Shown one piece after another: positions 1 to 10,789 of a DNA stretch of 64,000 bases. Location of the stretch: NCBI GenBank assembly GCA_964016885.1, contig OZ024746.1:13082001-13146000 (forward strand), in the 5' to 3' direction. The position numbers were made by a program, and so were the translations under genes. Below the pieces are notes generated by a model. That model did no database searches. It had not been told where the DNA came from and saw nothing but the letters and a program-made list of their open reading frames with translations. Origin of the DNA: Eledone cirrhosa (lineage: Eukaryota). How positions within the stretch are numbered: the first letter of the stretch is position 1; each line of letters opens with the position of its first letter.

Positions 1-176
1 ATTTATAATTCCTTAACTGAGTAAAAAAAAAAGGAAAAAAAAAAAAAATTACTCTAAACTGTAGTCATGGCAACTTCAGCACTAAATGTTTAAAAACTCC
101 TTTTATTAATCACATATCCTTTCTTGGACATGGATGTTATGGATGTTTCAAGTTCAGACTGTTTGTGAGAGGAAGT

Positions 177-217
177 ATTGTTCTGATGAGAACCAGAGTT
201 TGAAATACATAGACAAT
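177..217 (+). ncRNA. Minimal type I hammerhead ribozyme motif (probably decayed)
   Basis: ATTGTT-CTGATGA-GAAC(caga)GTTT-GAAA-TACA-TA-GACAAT. Stem I is 6 bp (ATTGTT/GACAAT), stem II is 4 bp, both core boxes are intact, stem III is minimal and the triplet is AUA. The G-U closing pair of stem II fits CpG decay of CGAAA. Confidence 0.6.
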
Positions 218-1889
218 TATCCTCTGCTGCTTCTGCTAGAATCTGCTAGACGGAGCAGGTCATCAGCTTTTCTATTCATAGCTGGGCTTTCAAAATGTTT
301 ATTTATTAAACAAACCGTATATCTTTAGATATACAATATTCATATACTTGTATGTATACAGCTATGCTGAAGCTAAATTTTAATTATACAATTAATTATT
401 TCACTTGTATTCATTAGATTGCCTTTATTGTTCAATCTATCAAATATATTCCTTTCTTGTAGTATTCCTGGTGGATTTCATAGCAAATACTCATTAATTA
501 TTGTCTTTCCACTATGTGGCTTTTCATAATTGAAAGTATGTAGCTCTTGTATGTCTTTCCACTAGAAGAGAACTTTACTCTTTTGCCACTATTCAAAACA
601 ATAACAAGCTTACAAAGTAACATTAAATAAGGTGGAAGATTTGTAAATATTAATTTCAGCAGAGCTAGTTCGTTACTTAATTTTTAATAAAAATAAGGCA
701 TGAGTAATCTAACATCAATTTATGCTCTTTTCTACATATAACAATGTATTTTATGATTAATAATCTAAATGAAAACCACGTGGCGGAAATATAAATAACT
801 CGGCTGTCATAAATGGATTTGGTTGCGAGTTGTCCCTTCTATATATATCTATATATCCTACAGAAATTTGCACTCACTATAATAAACCCGCCTATTATTA
901 TAACAATATATGCTCATTCTGCCGTATGTGATTCTGGAAGCTGAGTTTCCTGTGTGCACTTTTATCTGTGTGTGACTGGATTGCCATCACAATTTGTATT
1001 TGCTGTGGTACAGTTCTATGCGGTGCGACACATTGGCTGAACGCCAACCTGGACATACAGTGAATTTCACCTGGCACGTTGGATTAAGTGACCGAATGTT
1101 TTCCATTTCCTCACATCTGTGCCGGCTGTATATGTGCCATACATTTCTTTAACTCGTCGTACCTTCTTTTATTTTTTGTTGTAGATTTTAGGTGTATATC
1201 CCAGACCGCCTATGGTGATAAATCCCCTGGCTATAGGTTTTGGAAAAATAGTGTTATCTCACTTGGAGTTCGGAACTGGACATATCGATGTGGTTCATGG
1301 GGTGCGGATATGATAAGGAGAATCGACCTATTACAGGGCGATATACTTGGAGTACACCATCCCTCATGTGGACTATCATACATGTAAGGCTGCATTACTG
1401 CTAACCAACAATTCTTTTCACAGACTCATGCTTGCAAACACTCTTGATCTGCCTGTACACCCCCTTTTGCACTGCTTGTGCTTTGATGCTTTGCTTTGTC
1501 TTATATATTTTTTTTTGGGGGGGGGGTGCTGGCTTTTTGTTCATTAATTGTTTTGTATTTTTGTATTTATCTCTTTTCTTATCCCTGTATTTTTGTACTT
1601 TTTTATTATTTTTTTGTTATTTTCTTGTATTTTCTGATTGTTTCTGATCATGCTGAGTAATACCCTCACTCACCCCTTGCTACCCTCTCCCAACCTCTTT
1701 ATCATCTATTGCACCATATAAGTGATAAATTTATGGTGTAATTTTTAATTTTTTATTTTTAAGACATTTTATGACATTATGTGCATCATGTATTATGTCT
1801 TTTTCTATATAGTGCTAGCCTCAGGTCATTTAACCTTGTTCTGGAGACGCAGCTCGATGGAACATGCAACTACTGATATACTCATGTTT

Positions 1890-1941
1890 ATAGGCTCTGA
1901 AGATTCCTGCCATGGTGTATGGATGAAACACTGTTAGCTAT
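1890..1941 (+). ncRNA. Minimal type I hammerhead motif, degenerate
   Basis: ATAGGCT-CTGAAGA-TTCC..GGAT-GAAA-CACTG-TT-AGCTAT. Stem I is GGCT/AGCT and stem II is TCC/GGA. It lies near the end of a ~1.2-kb GC-richer block (856-2045) bounded by TA-rich tracts. Confidence 0.5.
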
Positions 1942-2097
1942 GTATTTCTAAGCACTCTTTGGTTATTCCTATAACTATAACGGCTCTGTAGTATACTAGT
2001 TATCCTACATTGAGCTAAAACCACACTGTCATACCAAGGGCAATATATCTACATGTATAGGCATATTGATATATTTGTCAATGAAATATATATATAT

Positions 2098-2333
2098 CAT
2101 CATCATCATCATCATCGTTTAACGTCCATCTTCCACGCTTGCATGGGTTTGGACGGGAATTTTCCCACTTGAGGCAAGATTGGTTGTCTTGCTCATATAG
2201 GACTGTCTGGTGGGTTTTCTACGGCTGGATGCCCTTCCTAACACCAACCACGTTTACAGTGTGGACTGGGAGGTTTTTACCGTGTTACCTACACGGCCAC
2301 ATTACAGCGTGGACTGTGTGTTTTTTTGTCGTG
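2098..2333 (-). mobile_element. RTE LINE 3' end (second subfamily), 5'-truncated
   Basis: (CAT)n tail and the CTGGATGCCCTTCCTAACACCAACC 3'UTR motif shared with the 29.5-kb RTE. Near-identical to 33310-33523 in the opposite orientation. Confidence 0.85.
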
Positions 2334-3139
2334 TATATATATATAAAAGAAAGCTTCAAATTAGAAAATAATCCAAATCCATTCAATGTCATTCTATTGA
2401 CAATAGTTTCATTTAAAATATGAAGTTAATATGTTCTTTATCTCTAGAAAATGTCACATAGGACATAAATATTCACACCTAATTAGAGAATTAAAGATAC
2501 AAGTATATTGGCTTTTTAAGACATGGAAATATATCTTCTTAATGAAGAGGCTTTTACAATACATTATCTAAATCTTATATACTCCAAATCTTAAGCTTCA
2601 CTTTGATCTAAATCTGTCATCCTTACTTTAAAATTTTACATTTTCCTATTTACTTCAATGACATCTTCAAGAAATCTAATTACATAAATGTTTTATATAA
2701 ATGAATGCATTCCAGAGGAAAACTTGTTAACAATGCATAACTTACTTGTCAATCATTATTGTGAAAACACAATAGTATTTCAAAGAGGATTGGCGAGAGC
2801 GAATATTACTTAAGGGCAATAGTTACAAGAGCTTTGTTCATAACGTGATAAACTTAGAAAAAAGTAATATTTTAGTTTATGATAAGACATTATCATCAAA
2901 ATATGTGAATGATTATCACATTAGGTTGATGTAAATATATCAAACGGAATATATTGGAATATTGGGAAAAAGTCATATTTCTACTAATGTATATATGAAC
3001 TCCTAACTACTAATGAATGTATGAAATCTAATTTCTATTGGAGTCATAGGAGTGCTGTAGTGACATACATCAAGTCTTGGGCACTTTTTAAACCATCTCC
3101 TCTCAGTCGATTTCTTTCAGAGAAAGAGTGAAAAAGAAA

Positions 3140-3310
3140 TATAGAGGAAGAATTGACCTCAGATGTGGACTTGTACTTTTTTTATTGACCTTGAAAGGGT
3201 GAAAGGCAGAGAGCTGACCACAGTGGGATTTTATATCAGAGAACATAGAAAGCCAAAATGAATACCACAAAACATTCTATCTGACATTTTAACAACTTTG
3301 ACAATTTGGT
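3140..3310 (-). mobile_element. Decayed Nin-domain tRNA-SINE
   Basis: GTACTTTTTTTATTGACCTTGAAAGGGTGAAAGGC...GGGATTT matches the copies at 23.1 and 54 kb. Confidence 0.65.
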
Positions 3311-3499
3311 GTCTCATTTTTACTAATACAACTACAAAAATAAATATATTTTATACTCATACTTGTTTGGCAAGTGACTTGATCTGAGATCTAATCGTGA
3401 AACTGAAACAAATACATCTTGGAAGTGTTAGTTTAGCCATTCTTAAACTTACATTTACTTTCATATATATACATATATATATATATATACACACACATG

Positions 3500-3995
3500 T
3501 ATCATCAACCTCACCCTTTTATGTCTGCAACACAATCAGCTGACAGGTTGGACTGAGTGCTTTATTTTGTGGCATCAAAACGTCAACTTTACAATGTGGA
3601 CTGGGCGCTTTTTGTCATGTCACCAACATGACTACTTTACAAGCTGGACTGGTGCTCTCTGTCATGTCATCTACACGACCACATTACAAGGCAGTCTGGG
3701 TGCTTTTTGTCATGTCACCCACCTGACCACCCCGCAGGGCAGACATGGTGCCTCCTGTTGAGCCACCGACACAACCACTTGAAAGGTTGGACTGTGTGCT
3801 TTCTACTGTGCCACCAACATGACCATCTTACATGATGGACTAGGTACTTATTTGTCATGTCATCAGCATAATCACCTTACAGGGACTACTAGGTGCTCTG
3901 TTGTCATGTCACTTTACATAGAGGACTAAATGCTCTTTTGTCATGTTACCAGCATGAGCAACTTATATAGTGGACTAAGGTTTTTTGTTGTGTCA
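3500..3995 (-). mobile_element. Decayed RTE 3'UTR with diverged ~48-bp units
   Basis: About 9 diverged units of TTACA..GTGGACTGGGTGCTTTTTGTCATGTCACC. Confidence 0.7.
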
Positions 3996-5063
3996 CATGC
4001 ATGGTATATGTGTATATATATATTTATATATATAGTAGTCTAGCATCCACTACAATAAGGCACCATCACTTAATCAACTTCTCCTATCATACAAAAATGA
4101 CAAAGAAATTTTATTTAAAAGAAAATTTTTATTACACCCTTTCATCTGTACATACACTGCTCTACTGCCAGACCCCCAGGCCCTCTAACTTTTTCTCCCT
4201 CTAAATATATGTATACATCTTCAACACAACACAACAGATCAGTTTGAAAATAGCACCAAATGCGAGAATCTTCCCCAGAGAGTTAACAAGGACTTACCAG
4301 AACTAATATTAATGACTTATTGTAAAGATTTGAATTATTAAAGAACATCAACCACCAGTGAAGTCATTCTGCCTCTTTTTTAAAACAAATTATGTCCCTG
4401 CCAAAATATGTTCAAGGAAGGTGGACAATTAGTGACTATTTGCTTGCATTATCTACCATCTTTTTCTTTTCATCTGGGAGAGATAAGTTCTATCTGCCTT
4501 CAAATATGTGGCAGCTATAGAAGAATTTCCCACTTCTGAATGGTGCTGGATAAGTCTTAGCAAGACTCCTATTAGAATGCCTCATATCAACAGATGAATC
4601 TGTATGCCATGAGGCACACAAGGAACTTCATCATGAACATAGAATAGTGGATATGGTTTTTGTCATCTGTAAGTAGTTGATAGCTTTTGTTACCTAGGTG
4701 ACCTAATTAGTAGTGAATGTGAGTTTTCTGAAAGACTACTAGCCTCTGAATTTAGTTAATCGCTTTTCCTCATCTATTTGTTGTCAAGGTGACAAATTGT
4801 TTCTCAACATTTAGTTTTTGTTTTGTCTGAGGAATTGACGAGACATCTTGGAAATTCCAGAATAACAGAACAGCAGGCTACTTGGTTAGCCTAAACAAAA
4901 TAAACTACTACAATTGACTACAGGTTGGTTAACTAGCCAAATGTCAGGGGTAAAATTGTTACATAGATAAGCATGTTAATTCTCCAAGAAAATCAAAACA
5001 CAGAGTTCACCAAACATTAGTCGACAATAGTGATTAATACAAGCTGAGAGAACGAGCAATAGA

Positions 5064-5930
5064 GTCATCATCATCATTATCACCATTTAATGTCCATTTT
5101 TCCAAACTAGCATAGGTTAGATGGATTGTCCTGTTTGAGGCAAGTCGGGTCAGATGACCATGTCTTGCTTCAAACAGAACAGGTTTTGGCTTGATTTCTA
5201 TGGCTTGCATGCCCTTCCTAAAACCAACCACATTTACAGTGTGGCCTGGGCACTTTTTGTTATGACACTTACATAACCACTTTACAGTGTGGGCTGGGTG
5301 CTTTTTGTCGTGACACCAACACAACCACTTTACAGTGTGGGCTGCGTGCTTTTTGTCGTGACACCAACACGACCACTTTACAGTGTGGCCTGGGCGCTTT
5401 TTGTTATAACACTTACATAACCACTTTACAGTGTGGCCTGGGCGCTTTTTGTCGTGACACCAACACGACCACTTTACAGTGTGGACTGGGTGCTTTTTGT
5501 CGTGACACCAACACGACCACTTTACAGTGTGGACTGGGTGCTTTTTGTCGTGACACCAACACGACCACTTTACAGTGTGGGCTGGGTGCTTTTTGTCGTG
5601 ACACCAACACAACCACCTTACAGTGTGGCCTGGGCGCTTTTTGTTATGACACTTACATAACCACTTTACAGTGTGGGCTGGGTGCTTTTTGTTGTGACAC
5701 CAACACGACCACTTTACAGTGTGGACTGGTCGCTTTTTGTTGTGACACCTACAAGACCACTTTACACTGTGGGCTGGGTGCTTTTTGTTATAAAACCTAC
5801 ACGACCACTTTACAGTGTGGGCTGGGCTCTTTTTGTCATGACACCTACAAGACCACTTTACAGTGTGAACGGGTCGCTTTTGGTTGTGACACCAACACGA
5901 CCACTTTACAGTGTAGACTGGGTGCTTAAT
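5064..5930 (-). mobile_element. RTE 3' end with expanded 48-bp 3'UTR minisatellite (~14 units)
   Basis: (CAT)n tail and RTE terminal motif, then tandem CCACTTTACAGTGTGGACTGGGTGCTTTTTGTCGTGACACCAACACGA-type units. Confidence 0.85.
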
Positions 5931-6591
5931 ACACTGCAACAAATATATTAGATGCTATACATATTAAACATACACAAATGACACATAAAGGGTGTTATAT
6001 CAATGAAATGATATTAAATATAGAATAATTGATAACGTTATCAAAAGCTCTGGAAAACAGGACAAGTGCATTACACCAAACTATAAATAAACAATAATAA
6101 TAAACAAGAAAAACACTAAGGTCAAAAAACTTTTCATTAACAAATTAATAATAACTAATGGGATTTATAAATTTGAATGCAAATGTGAAAGTTGTAAACA
6201 TCATGACTCTAACTGACATACTGTCCATACAACAGTCTTCTTCAGGCTCACAACTTACAATCACTCAGTGCAATGTGTTGTACCATACAACACAAGACTA
6301 TAGCAGAAAACATTAATGGACAGTACATCCATATCTCTAGAATTATCCAGAAAAATAGACAATTAATGATGAAAGTAATACTCATAGCATAACTATAAAA
6401 AAACAATAAGACATGCCAACATTGCTTCATCTTAAAGATGAGAAGATGAAGGTTAAAAAATAATGATAGGTTTAGTAACTTTAATGATGATACAAATATC
6501 TTGATAAAAAAATAGATAAAAGTGCAACACACTCATGTATCCCACATAACATATATGTGTGTGTGTATATATATATATATATTCATATATA

Positions 6592-7839
6592 TCATCATCA
6601 TCATTACTGTTTAACGTCCATTTTCCACTCTAGCATGGGTTAGACAGATTGTCCTATTTGAGGCAAGTCCAGGTCAGATGACCATGTCTTCCTCATACAG
6701 AACTAATTTTGACTTGGTTTCTAGAGCTGGATGCCCTTCCAAATGCCAACTACATTTACAGTGAGTATTGGGGGGGGGGGGGGGGTTGTGACACCTACAC
6801 GAGCACCTTACAGTGTGTGCTGAGTGCTTTTTGTTGTGACACCTACACGACCACCTTACAGTGTGTGCTGGGTGCTTTTTGTTGTGACACCTACACGACT
6901 ACCTTACAGTGTGTGCTGGGTGCTTTTTGTTGTGACATCTACACGACTACCTTACAGTGTGTGCTGGGTGCTTTTTGTTGTGATACCTACACGACTACCT
7001 TACAGTGTGTGCTGGGTGCTTTTTGTTGTGACACCTACACGACTACCTTACAGTGTGTGCTGGGTGCTTTTTGTTGTGACACCTACACGACTACCTTACA
7101 GTGTGTGCTGGGTGCTTTTTGTTGTGACATCTACACGACTACCTTACAGTGTGTGCTGTGTGCTTTTTGTTGTGACACCTACACGACTACCTTACAGTGT
7201 GTGCTGGGTGCTTTTTGTTGTGACACCTACACGACTACCTTACAGTGTGTGCTGGGTGCTTTTTGTTGTGACATCTACACGACTACCTTACAGTGTGTGC
7301 TGGGTGCTTTTTGTTGTGATACCTACACGACTACCTTACAGTGTGTGCTGGGTGCTTTTTGTTGTGACACCTACACGACTACCTTACAGTGTGTGCTGGG
7401 TGCTTTTTGTTGTGACACCTACACGACTACCTTACAGTGTGTGCTGGGTGCTTTTTGTTGTGACACCTACACGACTACCTTACAGTGTGTGCTGAGTGCT
7501 TTTTGTTGTGACACCTACACGACTACCTTACAGTGTGTGCTGAGTGCTTTTTGTTGTGACATCTACACGACTACCTTACAGTGTGTGCTGGGTGCTTTTT
7601 GTTGTGATACCTACCCGACCACTTTGCAGTGTGGACTGGGGGCTTGAGTGGGAGAGGTGCATGGGGATTGGTGAGGTAGATCTAATGGGGGCATGGATGG
7701 AGGGTGGGGTGTTAGGGTATGTGAGGTGTACGGAAGGGTAAGAGGGAGGTAACGGAAAGTAGTGCATACTAGATGTATGCTTCAACCTGTGCACATGGGA
7801 AGGCGAGTCTTCTGTATTACTGAATAATGCCAGAGATCT
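6592..7839 (-). mobile_element. RTE 3' end with homogeneous 48-bp minisatellite (6785-7640, ~17-18 units) and ORF C-terminus remnant
   Basis: (CAT)n tail. Unit is GTTGTGACACCTACACGACTACCTTACAGTGTGTGCTGGGTGCTTTTT. The minus strand of 7780-7839 reads RDLWHYSVIQKTRLPMCT, resembling the ORF end RDFWRHAVIQGSRPPMGT. Confidence 0.85.
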
Positions 7840-7913
7840 CATCCAGCCATAGAAATCAAGCCCAAATCAGTTCTGTATGAACTTGCCTCACAATGGGACA
7901 ACTTGTCTAATCC

Positions 7914-7930
7914 TATATATATATATATTT

Positions 7931-7962
<32 letters not shown>

Positions 7963-8109
7963 ATATATATATTATTTATATATATATATATATATATATA
8001 TTTTATATATATATATATATATATTTTATATTTATATATATATATATATATATATTTTATATTTATATATATATATATTTTATATTTATATATATATATA
8101 TTTTATATT

Positions 8110-8144
<35 letters not shown>

Positions 8145-8146
8145 AT
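7914..8146. repeat. (TA)n microsatellite with TTT interruptions
   Basis: Direct observation. Confidence 0.95.
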
Positions 8147-8990
8147 AAAGTATGTCCATAGAATCATTTGATAATATATATACACCATTTCCTCTCCCAA
8201 TTAGCATAATCAACCACACAAAAAAACAATTAAACCAGGCTATAAGATTAAAAGGCACCTATGAAGAAATAGTGGATAAATAAACGACAGCCATCTATTC
8301 GCGGTCAACCGCTATAGAATATTTACCCAACATTTCAATAGCACGTGGGAATCGATTAAATATACCGTCAACCATACACAATTAGGTATAAAATTAAAGT
8401 TAGAAGAAAAAGTGCATATACACATACCAGGATTACGTTTCTACCCTTAGGGTTTCGTTCGCTTTCGGAAATATCCTATCAAGGATAAATTCTCGACCTT
8501 CGAACTCGTCAGGAAACAAACTCACTTGGACAAAGAATTTTCCTAAATGATCCCCGCCAGAAACGAAGCTTGAGAATTTATCCTTGATAGGATATTTCCG
8601 AAAGCGAACGAAACCCTAAGGGTAGAAATGTAATCCTGGTATGTGTATATGCACTTTTTCTTCTAACTTTAATTTTATACCTAATTGTGTATGGTTGACG
8701 ATATATTTAATCGATTTCCACGTGCTATTGAAATGTTGGGTAAATATTCTATAGCGGTTGACCGCGAATAGATGGCTGTCGTTTATTTATCCACTATTTC
8801 TTCATAGGTGCCTTTTAATCTTATAGCCTGGTTTAATTGTTTTTTTGTGTGGTTGATTATGCTAATTGGGAGAGGAAATGGTGTATATATATTATCAAAT
8901 GATTCTATGGACATACTTTATAGTATATTGCTCTGATTATTTAATTTATTAATTCATCATTGAGCCACATCGTGAATGGTTGCCAAAACA
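8144..8990. mobile_element. Fold-back element: ~360-bp inverted arms, ~60-bp spacer and one-sided ~68-bp extension, in (TA)n. Penelope-like pLTR architecture.
   Basis: 8144-8502 is the reverse complement of 8564-8922 with about 5 mismatches seen. The extension 8923-8990 is followed by TATATA. Contains a hammerhead. Confidence 0.85.
8437..8517 (-). ncRNA. Type I hammerhead ribozyme, intact core
   Basis: Minus strand reads GTTTC-CTGACGA-GTTCG-(long loop)-CGAAC-GAAA-CCCTAAGGG-TA-GAAAC. Stems I and II are perfect 5-bp helices, stem III is CCC/GGG, and the cleavage triplet is GUA. Confidence 0.85.
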
Positions 8991-9033
8991 TATATATCTG
9001 TGACTTTGTCTAGTTTGTGTATATGTAAATCTT

Positions 9034-9072
<39 letters not shown>

Positions 9073-9074
<2 letters not shown>

Positions 9075-9212
9075 GCACATGGCTTAGTGGTTAGAGCATT
9101 GGGCTTGCAATCGAAAGGTTGTGTTCAATTATCAGACCAGGTGATGTGTTGTTTCCTTGAGCAAGACACTTTATTTCATATTACTCCAGTTTACTCAGCT
9201 GTAGAAATGAGA
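9073..9212 (+). mobile_element. tRNA-derived SINE with CORE-like central box
   Basis: A-box TGGCTTAGTGG, B-box-like GTTCAATT, then GTGTTGTTTCCTTGAGCAAGACACTTTA. Confidence 0.7.
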
Positions 9213-9218
9213 TGATAG

Positions 9219-9440
9219 GACTGCAAAGTGGTCGTGGAGGTGCCACGGTAAAAAAGCACCCAGCCCACACTGTAAAGTGGACATGTAGGCGCCGCGGAAA
9301 AAAAAGCACCCAGTACTCACTGTAAATGAGGTTGGTGTTAGGAAGGGCATCCAGCTGTAGAAATCAAGCCAGAATCAGTTCCCGTCCCACCCTTGCAAGC
9401 AGGGAAAAGCGGACGTAAAATGATGATGATGATGATGATG
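9219..9440 (+). mobile_element. RTE LINE 3'UTR end
   Basis: Reverse complement of 29490-29760-like sequence, ending in GGACGTAAAA(TGA)n. Confidence 0.85.
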
Positions 9441-9538
9441 TGTGTGTGTGTGTGTCTTGGATTCATTCGGGGGTAACCACAGTAAGTAAGGTACTCAATA
9501 CATTAGTAGAGTGTAAACATCATGTTTAATATAGAAAT

Positions 9539-9590
9539 GGCATCTACAGGAGTAGAACTGTTTCATTCAAAAGAAATCATCAGGAAAGCC
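9539..9590 (-). ncRNA. Type I hammerhead motif (left-arm copy, GUA site)
   Basis: Minus strand reads GGCTTTC-CTGATGA-TTTCTTTTGAAT-GAAA-CAG(ttctactc)CTG-TA-GATGCC. Confidence 0.7.
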
Positions 9591-9865
9591 GACTGTCCTT
9601 GTAAAACTGTTGTCTTTATATGTTTTCTGGTGGTTGGTGAAGGGTAGAGGTCATTGGCCAAGGATTTTAAAGAACAGGGATTCTTTGAAAAAGATATATA
9701 CACAATAATACAATGACACAGAAATCTGTGTCATTGTATTATTGTGTATATATCTAAAAATACTTTTTCAAAGAATCCCTGTTCTTTAAAATCCTTGGCC
9801 AATGACCTCTACCCTTCACCAACCACCAGAAAACATATAAAGACAACAGTTTTACAAGGACAGTC

Positions 9866-9917
9866 AGCTTTCCTGATGATTTCTTTTGAATGAAACAGTT
9901 CTAGTCCTGTGGAAGCC
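9866..9917 (+). ncRNA. Type I hammerhead motif (right-arm copy, GUG site, predicted non-cleaving)
   Basis: AGCTTTC-CTGATGA-TTTCTTTTGAAT-GAAA-CAG(ttctagtc)CTG-TG-GAAGCC. Confidence 0.65.
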
Positions 9918-10185
9918 ATTTTTATATTAAACATATATATATTTGTTATCTGGGGAAGACGGATGTTAAATGATGATGATTGTATACGGTAATGTTCTAG
10001 AGAGAATCCCGGTATTTGGGGGAGGTGTACAGAATGACAGCAGCACATTCACTCTTACAGTAACTCAAGTGTATGAGGCACGGAAGTTTTATGATGCAAT
10101 GTTATTAAATGAGAAGAGTGCCTGGGAGAGTTAGTGCCTATCCCATATAGACCGGATATTGTGCACAGATGCTGAGACAAATCAC

Positions 10186-10740
10186 TCATAACGTCCTGTA
10201 CCACATGAAACTACATTAGAAAGACAGTCTTGAAAAATATAAAATAGCACCTTATGGGTCTAAATCAGAATTCATCAATTAATCTTTAATTCTACAAAAT
10301 ACTTCAGTAATGCCGGTATAGTCACAGCCTCCGTCTCTCTTGCTCTCCCCATCTTTTATAAGTAAATGGGGGCCCACATGCTGTCTGCTCCATGGCCCCA
10401 GCGGAGGACAGAATAGAGAAGGTGTTTCCCCGGAAGATGGTGAGGGAGATAAGTTGGAAGAGCCATTCCAGCTCGCAAGGCTCACACATGCAGCTAGCCA
10501 ACTCCATGCCAATGGTGGTGAGTAGGGAGGACACCAAAAGTTTTCACTACTACGGGCTCGACCGCAAACTTGTCGCAGAGCAGCAATGACTGCATTACAT
10601 TAAAAATTAAAGTCTTTATTCTCATACTGTAAATGTTCACAATGATATAACCACTAGTAAAGATACTAAAATAAACATTTAAATTGACAGACCTGAGTTT
10701 CAGTATTTTTTACTAAACTATTACAGGAGTTAAGAGTTAA
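10186..10740. mobile_element. TTAA-flanked (piggyBac-type) MITE interrupted by a GC-rich insert
   Basis: Ends CTCATAACGTCCTGTA and TACAGGAGTTAAGAG-TTAA. Homologous to 28399-28609 and 32543-32700. Confidence 0.7.
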
Positions 10741-10789
10741 ACTACCCAGCAGAGTAGAGCAGAGGCTAGTCACTTGCATAGTTAATCAG

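Larger units (their letters stand above)
9456..9934 (-). mobile_element. Fold-back element: ~200-bp inverted arms around a 2-nt loop plus one-sided extension, with a hammerhead in each arm
   Basis: 9522-9722 pairs with 9725-9934 as a reverse complement, with a short insertion in the right arm. The extension is 9456-9521. Flanked by (TG)n and (TA)n. Confidence 0.85.

Noticed and set aside
5034-7647. Long Cys/His-rich ORFs (302, 312 and 223 aa) as metal-binding proteins
   Set aside because: They are translations of a stop-free 48-bp minisatellite in RTE 3'UTRs, open on both strands.
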